Shown here: one piece after another, positions 26,115-33,544 of the stretch
How the letters are laid out: each line of letters opens with the position of its first letter
Position numbering within the stretch: the first letter of the stretch is position 1
NCBI GenBank assembly: GCA_964549685.1
Contig: CAZJVE010000013.1
Location: 1-33,544 of the forward strand
DNA: 33,544 bases
Direction: 5' to 3'
Source of the DNA: an uncultured archaeon
GTDB lineage: Archaea > Altiarchaeota > Altiarchaeia > IMC4 > QMZM01
Translations under genes and position numbers: made by a program
Notes under the pieces: generated by a model
Told to the model about the DNA's origin: nothing
Databases searched by the model: none
Seen by the model: the letters and a program-made list of their open reading frames with translations, nothing else

Positions 26115-26204
26115 ATGCCCTGTGGAAGAAAGCGTAAACTCCAGAAGATGCGCAAGCACAAGCAGAAGAAGCGCAAGAGGAAGATGCGATATAAGAGGAA
26201 GTAG
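26115..26204 (+). CDS. 29-aa highly basic protein resembling ribosomal protein bS22/mS38 (AURKAIP1/COX24-like)
   Basis: Manual translation MPCGRKRKLQKMRKHKQKKRKRKMRYKRK*; KM-x-KHK-x-KK-R motif; TTTATA box at 26085-26090, ~25-30 nt upstream. Absent from the ORF track. Confidence 0.72.
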   Translation: MPCGRKRKLQKMRKHKQKKRKRKMRYKRK

Positions 26205-26218
26205 TTCTGGGTCTGATT

Positions 26219-27718
26219 CTATTTTACAACATCATAAGCAAGCCTCACAATCCTGTTGAAGTCCTCGTCCTTTGGTTTGTACTTTGCGAATTTTACGAGG
26301 TTGCAGAGGTTGAGACACTCCTTTGTAGTGCCTAGCTTTTTATGCTTCTCCTTCTTCAGCAGCTGTACGACTTCATAGTCCGTTAATTCCTCTTTTTGCT
26401 TAAGCGCGTATCTGAAGTATAATCTGACGGCTTCCGAGACCTTGGTGTATGCCTCCCGCTTCTCTCCCCGGGAATACATGCCCTTGGCTTCGTTTATCAT
26501 TCTCAGTGCAAGGTTCCTAAAGTCGGCGGGCTTCTTCTCCTTTGGGGGTTCAGGAACCGGTTCCTTCCCCCTTATTTTCTTCACGATGAAGTAGAGGATT
26601 ACTAACAGAGCCAAGAGAGCGGGAAGCCATGCGGGGTCGAGCTTGTCGCTCTCCTTTTTCTCCCTCGTAATCTCTATCTCGGTTATGTTCCCATCGGTTT
26701 TAATCTCCCCGGTTATGTTTGCATTGCGGTTTTCAGAATCGGAATACTGATAGTTGAATTTGCTGAGGTTGTTCTGAATCGGAGAAAGATTTCCTTCCTC
26801 GAGAGAGTAGCCCTCCTCCTGCAATATCTCCTGCATCCGTTGGAATTGCGGATTATTCTCAAGCTTTTCCTGCAGCTCCTTCAGCTCCTTGCTCGTGTGC
26901 TTCTCGAGTTCTTTAATCTCGCCGTCCTCCATCCTTCCGCTAATCTCTGCAGTTTCATCGCCCTTTGAATACTCATAGTTGAATTCACCGGTGCCATTAG
27001 ATTCGGGGTTTATTTCTTTATTCTGGAGCTCATAGCCCTGTTCCTGTAATTCATTCTGTAAATTCTGAAAATCCTCATTGCTCTCTATCATCTCCTGCAT
27101 CTCCTGTTCCATCTCCTTTTGTTGCTGCATCTGCTGCTCGAGCTGCTGCTTGAGGGAGTTCATGTCCTGGTTCTGCTGCTGCATCTCGTTGACTCTCTGC
27201 TGGAGGTCCTGTTGCTGCTGTTGCTGTTGTTGTTGCTGCTGCTGCTGGCTGTAGGTAGTGCTCCTCCTGTTTACGCCGTCGCACTGATAGACCGTAGTGA
27301 TGCCAGACTGTTGCAGATTCTGGTCTGGCTTCCCCTTGACCTCGATCTCCAGGTCATTAGAAACAATTTCCTCTTCCTGTCCCGTGAGGGGGTTGGTATA
27401 GGTTATCTTCGCAGGGTCAATGCTGTAGTTCCCTGGGGAATATGCGACTATCGGTTCGTACTCCAGAGCGATTAGGGGGTCGGAGGGAAGGCTCCTGTCA
27501 AGGCACTCTATATCCAGACCATTGTCGGCGAAGACGTTCCTGTCCACTATCTGTATATCAATCTCCTGGTTGAATGGGTTGGTGAATTCAAGACTCATTA
27601 TCACCTCATCGCCGACTGAGATGTCGGCTGGTTCTACTGTCTTCCTTACCTCTAGCTGCTCTCCGGCTGCTATGCCCAGGAGTGCTGCAACCAGCAGAAT
27701 AACTAAACTTTTTCTCAT
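26219..27718 (-). CDS. BatD-like exported protein with polyQ linker, internal duplication, TM helix and cytoplasmic helical tail
   Basis: Signal peptide, Ig-like N-domain (PGNYSIDPAKITY...SNDLEIEV), Q13 tract, two ~64-aa repeats, TM AWLPALLALLVILYFIV, and tail LTDYEV...CNLVKFAKY. Confidence 0.75.
   Translation of the reverse strand: MRKSLVILLVAALLGIAAGEQLEVRKTVEPADISVGDEVIMSLEFTNPFNQEIDIQIVDRNVFADNGLDIECLDRSLPSDPLIALEYEPIVAYSPGNYSIDPAKITYTNPLTGQEEEIVSNDLEIEVKGKPDQNLQQSGITTVYQCDGVNRRSTTYSQQQQQQQQQQQQQDLQQRVNEMQQQNQDMNSLKQQLEQQMQQQKEMEQEMQEMIESNEDFQNLQNELQEQGYELQNKEINPESNGTGEFNYEYSKGDETAEISGRMEDGEIKELEKHTSKELKELQEKLENNPQFQRMQEILQEEGYSLEEGNLSPIQNNLSKFNYQYSDSENRNANITGEIKTDGNITEIEITREKKESDKLDPAWLPALLALLVILYFIVKKIRGKEPVPEPPKEKKPADFRNLALRMINEAKGMYSRGEKREAYTKVSEAVRLYFRYALKQKEELTDYEVVQLLKKEKHKKLGTTKECLNLCNLVKFAKYKPKDEDFNRIVRLAYDVVK
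27209..27247 (-). repeat. (CAG/CAA)13 trinucleotide repeat encoding polyglutamine
   Basis: Thirteen consecutive Gln codons, mixed CAG and CAA. Confidence 0.95.
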
Positions 27719-28665
27719 TGCAAAATCCTCTTCCCAAAGTATCTCAGATAAAAGCCAATCAACATGAATAGCGCTGCAAGAACAACGAAGTAGTCCTTTA
27801 CCGATGTGAATTCCTCCTCTCTCTTTATGGTCTCGGGGATGTTCTTGTAGATTTCCTGCAGTGTGTTCTCATCAACTGCTTTAAAGTACTGGCCCTCCGT
27901 CTGCTGGGCTATTCTCCGGAGGGTTTCCTCGTCCAGGTTTGCGTACTGCGGCCTTCCAAAGAAGTCATAGCCCAGGACTACCGGCTCCTCAGAGCCTATC
28001 CCTATCGTATAGACCTGAATCTCGTTCGTCTTTGCGAACTCTATCGATTCTATGGGGGATATCACTCCCGCATTATTCTCTCCATCACTAAGGAGGATGA
28101 CGATTCTCTTCTTGTTCGGGATGGAGGTGGCCATGTCTATCGCGAGTGAAAGACCGTCCCCTATCGCGGTCTGCCCGTTAGGTGGCCTTATCGTCTTCAG
28201 CTTCTCGATTGCCTTATCCTTGAAGGGAGTGAGATACGATGATGTGGTGGCTCCGTCGGAGAATATGACTATTCCAACATTGTCCTTGATGTCAAGGCTC
28301 TCTATCAAAACCCCGGCGCTGGATTTAGCGGCTTCAAGCCTGTTTGGCTTGTAATCCGATGCCTGCATGCTCCCGGAAACATCGATTGCAAGGACGACGT
28401 TGACTCCCTCCTTTGTCTGCTCCAATGGCAGATGGGGATCAGAAAGGGCAATAATCAATGAGGTAATTGCAAGTAGACTAATTAAGAGGAGAATTCTCTC
28501 CCGGTTTACCGCCTTCTTTCCCCCGGCCCTCTTTATGAGATCCAGGTTGCTGAATTTTATCGCTACCTTCCTGCCCCTGCGCATGGCCCAGAGGTAGAGA
28601 TAGAGTATTACTGGTATTAACAGCAGAACAATCAGCCACTCAGGCTCCATGAATCTCAGCTCCAT
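27715..28665 (-). CDS. BatA-like von Willebrand factor A membrane protein
   Basis: N-terminal F..PEWL..LLLIP segment, MIDAS DVSGSM, PNRLEAAK, TAIGDGL, LLSDGENN, IGIG, LDEETLRRIA and a C-terminal TM. TGATG overlap with DUF58. Confidence 0.92.
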   Translation of the reverse strand: MELRFMEPEWLIVLLLIPVILYLYLWAMRRGRKVAIKFSNLDLIKRAGGKKAVNRERILLLISLLAITSLIIALSDPHLPLEQTKEGVNVVLAIDVSGSMQASDYKPNRLEAAKSSAGVLIESLDIKDNVGIVIFSDGATTSSYLTPFKDKAIEKLKTIRPPNGQTAIGDGLSLAIDMATSIPNKKRIVILLSDGENNAGVISPIESIEFAKTNEIQVYTIGIGSEEPVVLGYDFFGRPQYANLDEETLRRIAQQTEGQYFKAVDENTLQEIYKNIPETIKREEEFTSVKDYFVVLAALFMLIGFYLRYFGKRILQ

Positions 28666-29567
28666 CACCTTATCCTCCTCCTTCTTATCCCGAAGAATTT
28701 AATCATTGCTTTGGTCCAGTCATCATCGGTCCTTATATCAATAAGGTCGATGCCGTTGGAGCGGTGGAATCGCATTGTTTTCTCCCTCTGCTCATTGGCA
28801 AGCTCCAGAAAATTCCGCCTGAATTCCTCATCCGATGTATCGACCAGGATTTGTTCTCCTGTCTCTCCGTCTTCCAAGGATATGAGGCCCACGTCGGGAA
28901 TCTCCTCCTCCCTCAAATCCCTGATATTAACGGAGATGAGGTCGTGCTTTTTCCCGAGGATTCTCATCGACTTTGCATAGTTCTCCACGGGCTCGCCAAA
29001 GTCGGAGATGAAGAACACTATCGCCTTCTTTCTCGTAATCCTGCTGATGAATTCAAGTCCCTGGTTGAGGTCCGTTGCCTTTTCCTCCGGCTCGTGGTAA
29101 ATCGTTTCCCTTATGACTCTCATGACCTGCTTCCTGCCCTTTCGGGGGGGGAGGTACTTCTCGACCCTGTCGCTGAAGAGAATCAGACCGACCCGGTCAT
29201 TATTTCTTAGGGCGGAGAAAGCGATGCTTGCAATCAGCTCCGTTGCAGTATCCTTCTTCAGGTTGCTTTGGGTCCCAAAATCCAGGGAGCCAGAAATGTC
29301 GAAAGCAATCAGGATGGTGAGGTCCCTCTCCTCGATGAATTCCTTCACGTAGGGATGGCCGAATCTGGCCGTTACGTTCCAGTCTATTGTCCTTATGTCA
29401 TCTCCTGGTTGATATTCTCTCACCTCTGAGAATTCTATGCCTCTGCCCTTGAAGGTGCTCTTGTATGCTCCCTGGAATATAGAGTCGACAAACCTCTTGG
29501 TTCTTAGTTCGACCTGCCTCACGTTGCTCAGAATCTCCCTTATCCTTTCGCGCTCAAGCTGCTCCAT
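28665..29567 (-). CDS. DUF58 domain protein (copy 2)
   Basis: GAYKSTFKGRGIEFSEVREYQPGDDIRTIDWNVTAR, DISGS and FISDF. Confidence 0.93.
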   Translation of the reverse strand: MEQLERERIREILSNVRQVELRTKRFVDSIFQGAYKSTFKGRGIEFSEVREYQPGDDIRTIDWNVTARFGHPYVKEFIEERDLTILIAFDISGSLDFGTQSNLKKDTATELIASIAFSALRNNDRVGLILFSDRVEKYLPPRKGRKQVMRVIRETIYHEPEEKATDLNQGLEFISRITRKKAIVFFISDFGEPVENYAKSMRILGKKHDLISVNIRDLREEEIPDVGLISLEDGETGEQILVDTSDEEFRRNFLELANEQREKTMRFHRSNGIDLIDIRTDDDWTKAMIKFFGIRRRRIR

Positions 29568-29570
29568 CTT

Positions 29571-30557
29571 TTATGGAGTCTCGGTCTCTTCGAGAATCCT
29601 CTTTATGATATCCTCAACAGTAATTTCCTCGGCCTCGGCCTCGTAGGAGAGGATTAGCCTGTGCCTCAAAACATCATATGCTATCTCCTTGATGTCGTCG
29701 GGGACAACATAGCCCCTTCCGTCCAGAAGTGCGTTGGCCTTTGCCCCATGGATGAGATAGATTGAGGCCCTGGGCGAAGCCCCGTAGTTTATCAGGTTCT
29801 CAAGGTCGGGGAATTTCTCCGATTGCTCTCTTGTTGCAAAGATTAAATCAGCGACGTAGTCCTTTATCTTGTCATCGACGTAGATTCTGTGGGTGAATTT
29901 CTGGAATTCGAGGATTTCCATCGGGTTCAGGATGGAATCGACCTTCAGCTCCTGCCCAGTCGTCATCCTGTTCATTATCTCTATCTCCTCCTTTCTTGAT
30001 GGATGTTTTACAATGACCTTGAACATGAACCGGTCGAGCTGTGCCTCCGGCAATGGATAAGTGCCTTCCGTCTCAATCGGATTTTGCGTTGCGAGAACCA
30101 GGAACGGCTTCGGCAGCTTCAGCGTATCCCCGGATATCGAGACCTGCCTCTCCTGCATGGCCTCCAGCAAGGCAGACTGGACCTTTGGCGGAGCCCTGTT
30201 TATCTCATCTGCGAGAATGAAATTCGCGAAGATGGGGCCCTCTTTTGTTGTAAAGGTTGCGGTCTTCTGATTGTAGATTTTTGTGCCGGTAATGTCAGCA
30301 GGTAGCAGGTCGGGCGTGAATTGAATCCTCCTGAAGCTGCAGTGCGTTATGTCGGCAAGGGTATGGACCATCAGCGTCTTTGCAAGGCCAGGAACGCCTT
30401 CGAGAAGTATGTGGGCATTGCACAGCAGACCGATAAGGAGCCGTTTTACGGCGTAATCCTGGCCCACTATAATCTTGCGAATCTCCTTCTCAAGAGAATC
30501 TATCGTCTTGCCCAGTTCCTTTGCCTCGTTAGATAGTTTCTCTATCTCTTTGTCCAT
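29571..30557 (-). CDS. moxR: MoxR family AAA+ ATPase (copy 2)
   Basis: GVPGLAKT, RIQFTPDLLPAD, LADEINRAPPKVQSALLEAMQE, GTYPLPEAQLDRF and GASPR. Confidence 0.95.
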   Translation of the reverse strand: MDKEIEKLSNEAKELGKTIDSLEKEIRKIIVGQDYAVKRLLIGLLCNAHILLEGVPGLAKTLMVHTLADITHCSFRRIQFTPDLLPADITGTKIYNQKTATFTTKEGPIFANFILADEINRAPPKVQSALLEAMQERQVSISGDTLKLPKPFLVLATQNPIETEGTYPLPEAQLDRFMFKVIVKHPSRKEEIEIMNRMTTGQELKVDSILNPMEILEFQKFTHRIYVDDKIKDYVADLIFATREQSEKFPDLENLINYGASPRASIYLIHGAKANALLDGRGYVVPDDIKEIAYDVLRHRLILSYEAEAEEITVEDIIKRILEETETP

Positions 30558-30601
30558 AGTACTCTAATAGAAACAAAAATTAAAAATCAGTCTTGAAAAA
30601 T

Positions 30602-31330
30602 CTATTTCTTATCCTTAACCTTCTTCTCAAGGAGATCTCCCGCCCTTTCAATCGCTCTGAGAAGCTCTATTGGAATCGCATAAACCTTTGTGAGAGACTT
30701 GTCCGATGACAGGTCGTTTATGGAGTGCAGGGTCCTAAGATGCAAGGCACCCGGAACGGAGTATAGCTTCTTCGCTGCCGTGGTTATGTTCTTTGCGGCA
30801 GTTACCTCACCCATGGCCTTTATTATGACTCCTCTCTTTTCCCTCTCTGCCTCGGCCTGCTTTGCCATGGTCCTCTTCATGGTCTCCGGAAGCTCGATGT
30901 CCTGCAGCTCTATCGCAGTCACCTCTATGCCCCAGGGGTCGGTGGCTTCATCAACTATCTTTCTAAGCTTTTCTGCAATCTGCTGTCTCTCCGAGAGGAG
31001 CTCATCAAGGGAGACCTCCCCCGCAACGTTCCTGAGGGACGTCTGCCCGTACTTGCTGGTGGCATAGATGTAATTCCTTACGTTCAAAATGGCCTTCTCA
31101 GGGTCCCTGACCTTGAAGTAGATTACCGCGTTGATATTAACAGGGACATTATCCTTCGTCATGACCTCCTGCTTCGGAATGTCAACTGCCTTTATCCTTG
31201 TGTCTATCGTGAGCAGGTTGTGGTAGATAGGGATTATGAAATTCAGCCCCGGCTTGCGAAGCCCTCTGTACTTGCCGAAGGCAAACAAAACCCCTTTCTC
31301 ATACTGATTGATTACCTTGAAGAAAAGCAT
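30602..31330 (-). CDS. SPFH/stomatin (slipin) family protein lacking an N-terminal TM helix
   Basis: QYEKGVLFAFG, QEVMTKDNVPV, QTSLRNV.G..LDELLSER, WGIEV and MAKQAEAERE; begins directly at the SPFH core. Confidence 0.92.
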   Translation of the reverse strand: MLFFKVINQYEKGVLFAFGKYRGLRKPGLNFIIPIYHNLLTIDTRIKAVDIPKQEVMTKDNVPVNINAVIYFKVRDPEKAILNVRNYIYATSKYGQTSLRNVAGEVSLDELLSERQQIAEKLRKIVDEATDPWGIEVTAIELQDIELPETMKRTMAKQAEAEREKRGVIIKAMGEVTAAKNITTAAKKLYSVPGALHLRTLHSINDLSSDKSLTKVYAIPIELLRAIERAGDLLEKKVKDKK

Positions 31331-31331
31331 C

Positions 31332-32102
31332 CTAGTCCACCGCCTCCACCGCTTTCAGGATTTCCAGGGGAACGACAACTACGACTTCGTTCGACTGGTC
31401 CGATGACATGTCATTTAATGCATGCAGGGTTCTGAGATGGAGGGCGCCCTTTTCCCCTCCCAGAATTCCGGCGGCCTTGACGAGATTATCGGCTGCTGCT
31501 GCCTCACCTTTGGCCTTTATGATAACGGCTCTCCTCTCCCTCTCTGCCTCCGCCTGCTTGGCCATGGTCCTCTTCATCGTATCAGGGAGCTCGATGTCCT
31601 GTAGCTCTATCATCTCAACGTCTATGCCCCAGGGGTCGGTGGCTTTGTCGACTATCTCTCTCAGGTTCTCGGCAATCTTCTGTCTCTCAGAGAGAAGTTC
31701 GTCCAACGAAGCTTCGCCGGCAACGTTCCTGAGTGACGTCTGCCCGTACTTGGAGACGGCATATCTGTAATCCTCTACGTTAAGGATTGCCTTCTCAGGG
31801 TCGATTACCTTGAAGTAGATGACTGCATTGATGTTAACAGGGACATTATCCTTCGTCATGACCTCCTGCTTTGGAATATCGACTGTATTGACTCTTAGGT
31901 CTATCTTATCGAGCCTGTGATAGAAGGGTAGTATGAAATTCAGCCCCGGCTTTCTAATGCCTGACAGCCTCCCGAATGCAAAGAGAACTCCCTTCTCGTA
32001 CTGGTAGATGATACGGAAGAACATGCCAAGTATTGACAATATGATAAACCCATAGAACATAAACGAAAAGAGATTCCCTATGATAAATCCTAGTAAACTC
32101 AT
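31332..32102 (-). CDS. SPFH/stomatin (slipin) family protein with N-terminal TM helix
   Basis: Same motifs as the downstream paralog plus a hydrophobic N-terminus. ATG 32102 is preceded by GGTG (the ORF track starts at TTG 32114). Confidence 0.92.
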   Translation of the reverse strand: MSLLGFIIGNLFSFMFYGFIILSILGMFFRIIYQYEKGVLFAFGRLSGIRKPGLNFILPFYHRLDKIDLRVNTVDIPKQEVMTKDNVPVNINAVIYFKVIDPEKAILNVEDYRYAVSKYGQTSLRNVAGEASLDELLSERQKIAENLREIVDKATDPWGIDVEMIELQDIELPDTMKRTMAKQAEAERERRAVIIKAKGEAAAADNLVKAAGILGGEKGALHLRTLHALNDMSSDQSNEVVVVVPLEILKAVEAVD

Positions 32103-32155
32103 GGTGAACACCAACTACTAATAATCTAAATTCAAATAATAAATAGCAAATAGCG

Positions 32156-32938
32156 ATGGAACTCATCGAACTTCTCAAGGACTCCCTGAAACTGCTGAGA
32201 ACGAAGCCGAAGGTCTTCATCCCGAAATTTGTGACTACGGCTTTGTACACCATATGCATCCTTGTCCTGATGAAGATTACCCTGGAGCTGAATGAGTTTG
32301 CCACGGGTTTTACGTTTGTGGATAGAGCAACGATAATCCAGCTGGCCGGCTATGCCCTGATGACCCTAATAGCTCTTATATTTGTCTACTTCATCGACCT
32401 CCTGACATATGCGATGTATCCCTCAATAGTGAGTGACTATCATAACAAAAAGAAGATAAGTCTGAGAAAGGCCTTGCGCAAGGCCTTGGGTTCGTGGCTT
32501 GTCCTCATAGTCCTTGGAATCGCAATCTCCGTAATGGCGTTCTTCATCATAATCCCCTTTGCAATATTCATGACGCTCGTGCGGGAGAATCTCTATCTCA
32601 TGCTCTTCCTCCTGTTACTCGCACTTGCGATAACTCTCGTCTTTGCAATGCTCGTCTTCTTTGTGATTCCTGTTGCAGTTATTGAAAAAAAGGGTTTCAC
32701 CAAGACGTTCAGGGATAGCTTTAAGCTTAGTTTCAAGCACAGATGGAACGTCCTTGGGATAAACTTGGTATTCTTATTCCTCACGCTCCTGACTCTTGCA
32801 GTTGGAATGCTCTCGGGGTTTCAGGGCTCTGCTGGATACCTGGCCATTGTCCTCTTCGTACTTGCCAGATTTGTCCAGGCCACAATATACACATATATAT
32901 CGGTTATAAACCCATATTTTTATGTTAAGGTAAGATGA
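32156..32938 (+). CDS. Multi-pass membrane protein of unknown function
   Basis: About six TM helices; FVIPVAVIEKKG..KTFRDSFKL motif is reminiscent of GDPD-membrane-domain-like proteins. Confidence 0.75.
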   Translation: MELIELLKDSLKLLRTKPKVFIPKFVTTALYTICILVLMKITLELNEFATGFTFVDRATIIQLAGYALMTLIALIFVYFIDLLTYAMYPSIVSDYHNKKKISLRKALRKALGSWLVLIVLGIAISVMAFFIIIPFAIFMTLVRENLYLMLFLLLLALAITLVFAMLVFFVIPVAVIEKKGFTKTFRDSFKLSFKHRWNVLGINLVFLFLTLLTLAVGMLSGFQGSAGYLAIVLFVLARFVQATIYTYISVINPYFYVKVR

Positions 32939-33544
32939 GTGTCATCGATTATGAGGACGGGGAGGAGGTGCAGAAGCTCCTGAACCGTTCGGCCCTGAGC
33001 CTGGAGAATGCCGTTGGGACTGTAAAGCCGATTCTAAACGACGTCAGGGAGAACGGAGACTATGCTCTCTCCACGTATACGAAAAAGTTTGACGAATTTG
33101 AGCTCAATTTAGATAACATTAGAATCTCCTCCAAAGAAATTGATTCTGCCTACTCAAAAGTCAATAAAGAATTAATCTCTGCCCTCAAGCATGCAAAGAG
33201 GAATATAGAAAAATTCCACACAGAGCAGCTGAATCAGATTAAGAAAGAGTGGAAAACCGAGGTAGAGAGGGGAGTTTCCATCTCCGAGAAAACGAGTCCG
33301 ATGGATAGCGTGGGCTGCTACGTTCCTGGAGGCAGGGCGCCGTATCCATCCACTGTTCTCATGACAGTAATTCCTGCGAGGATTGCCGGCGTCGAGAGAA
33401 TTGCAGTCTGCTCTCCTCCTAAGATATCAGATGGTATTCTTGCAGCGTGCAAAATCGCAGGGGTTGATGAGATCTACAGGGTTGGAGGCGCGCAGTCAAT
33501 TGCTGCCATGGCCTACGGAACGGAGACCATAAATCCAGTCAGCA
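32935..33544 (+). CDS. hisD: Histidinol dehydrogenase, partial (runs off the window end)
   Basis: Manual translation: V..ILNDVRENGDYAL..YTKKFD, NIEKFH, SVGCYVPGGRAPYPSTVLM..IPARIAGV and YRVGGAQSIAAMAYGTETI. ATGA overlap with the previous stop; absent from the ORF track because it has no stop. Confidence 0.95.
   Translation, partial: MSVIDYEDGEEVQKLLNRSALSLENAVGTVKPILNDVRENGDYALSTYTKKFDEFELNLDNIRISSKEIDSAYSKVNKELISALKHAKRNIEKFHTEQLNQIKKEWKTEVERGVSISEKTSPMDSVGCYVPGGRAPYPSTVLMTVIPARIAGVERIAVCSPPKISDGILAACKIAGVDEIYRVGGAQSIAAMAYGTETINPVS

Noticed and set aside
27119-27475. Plus-strand poly-Leu ORF
   Set aside because: It is the antisense shadow of the polyQ codons.
31328-31334. Stop-codon readthrough fusing the two SPFH genes
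   Set aside because: The genes are offset by 1 nt and are out of frame, and the second has its own ATG.
35-32928. Many short ORF-track entries antisense or out of frame to recognised genes (e.g. 577..876, 3852..4445, 8698..9267, 10399..10839, 20738..21241)
   Set aside because: They lie largely within well-supported CDSs and show no recognisable motifs; treated as shadow ORFs.
1-33544. tRNA, rRNA, CRISPR arrays, IS elements and integrases
   Set aside because: None recognised; intergenic gaps are short (about 160 bp at most) and no transposase or cloverleaf signatures were seen by eye. tRNAscan-SE and Infernal would be needed to exclude small RNAs.

Overview
Gene-dense archaeal chromosomal segment with about 38 genes. 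I found no rRNA, tRNA, CRISPR array or mobile element. Archaeal markers are Ftr, fibrillarin, Trm1, EndoQ with a PCNA-binding PIP box, a PAC2 proteasome chaperone, a class III (pilin-type) signal peptide and TATA-box promoters on near-leaderless genes. Ftr, biosynthetic genes (dapA, hisD) and a Thr-rich RGQ..EY...YGWAI pilin-like protein would fit Ca. Altiarchaeota or a similar lineage (inference only). Main blocks: (1) DUF371-ftr-citG; (2) a flippase/GT2 pair; (3) a first MoxR-DUF58 locus with two membrane or coiled-coil proteins; (4) CBS-ParB, VanZ, PflX, PAC2 and EndoQ; (5) a four-gene secreted/pilin-like surface cluster; (6) the lower archaeal (Aeropyrum-type) mevalonate pathway as a cluster, ubiX-ubiD-DUF521-DUF126-ipk-fni, plus a coupled coiled-coil gene; (7) trm1, a wHTH protein with a duplicated palindromic operator, dapA, and fibrillarin-crcB-DUF190; (8) a 29-aa basic ORF missed by the ORF track that resembles bacterial ribosomal protein bS22/mS38; (9) tandem SPFH genes followed by a second MoxR-DUF58-vWA-BatD-like locus with a polyQ protein; (10) a membrane protein and a partial hisD. 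All family calls come from motif recognition by eye; no database search was run.
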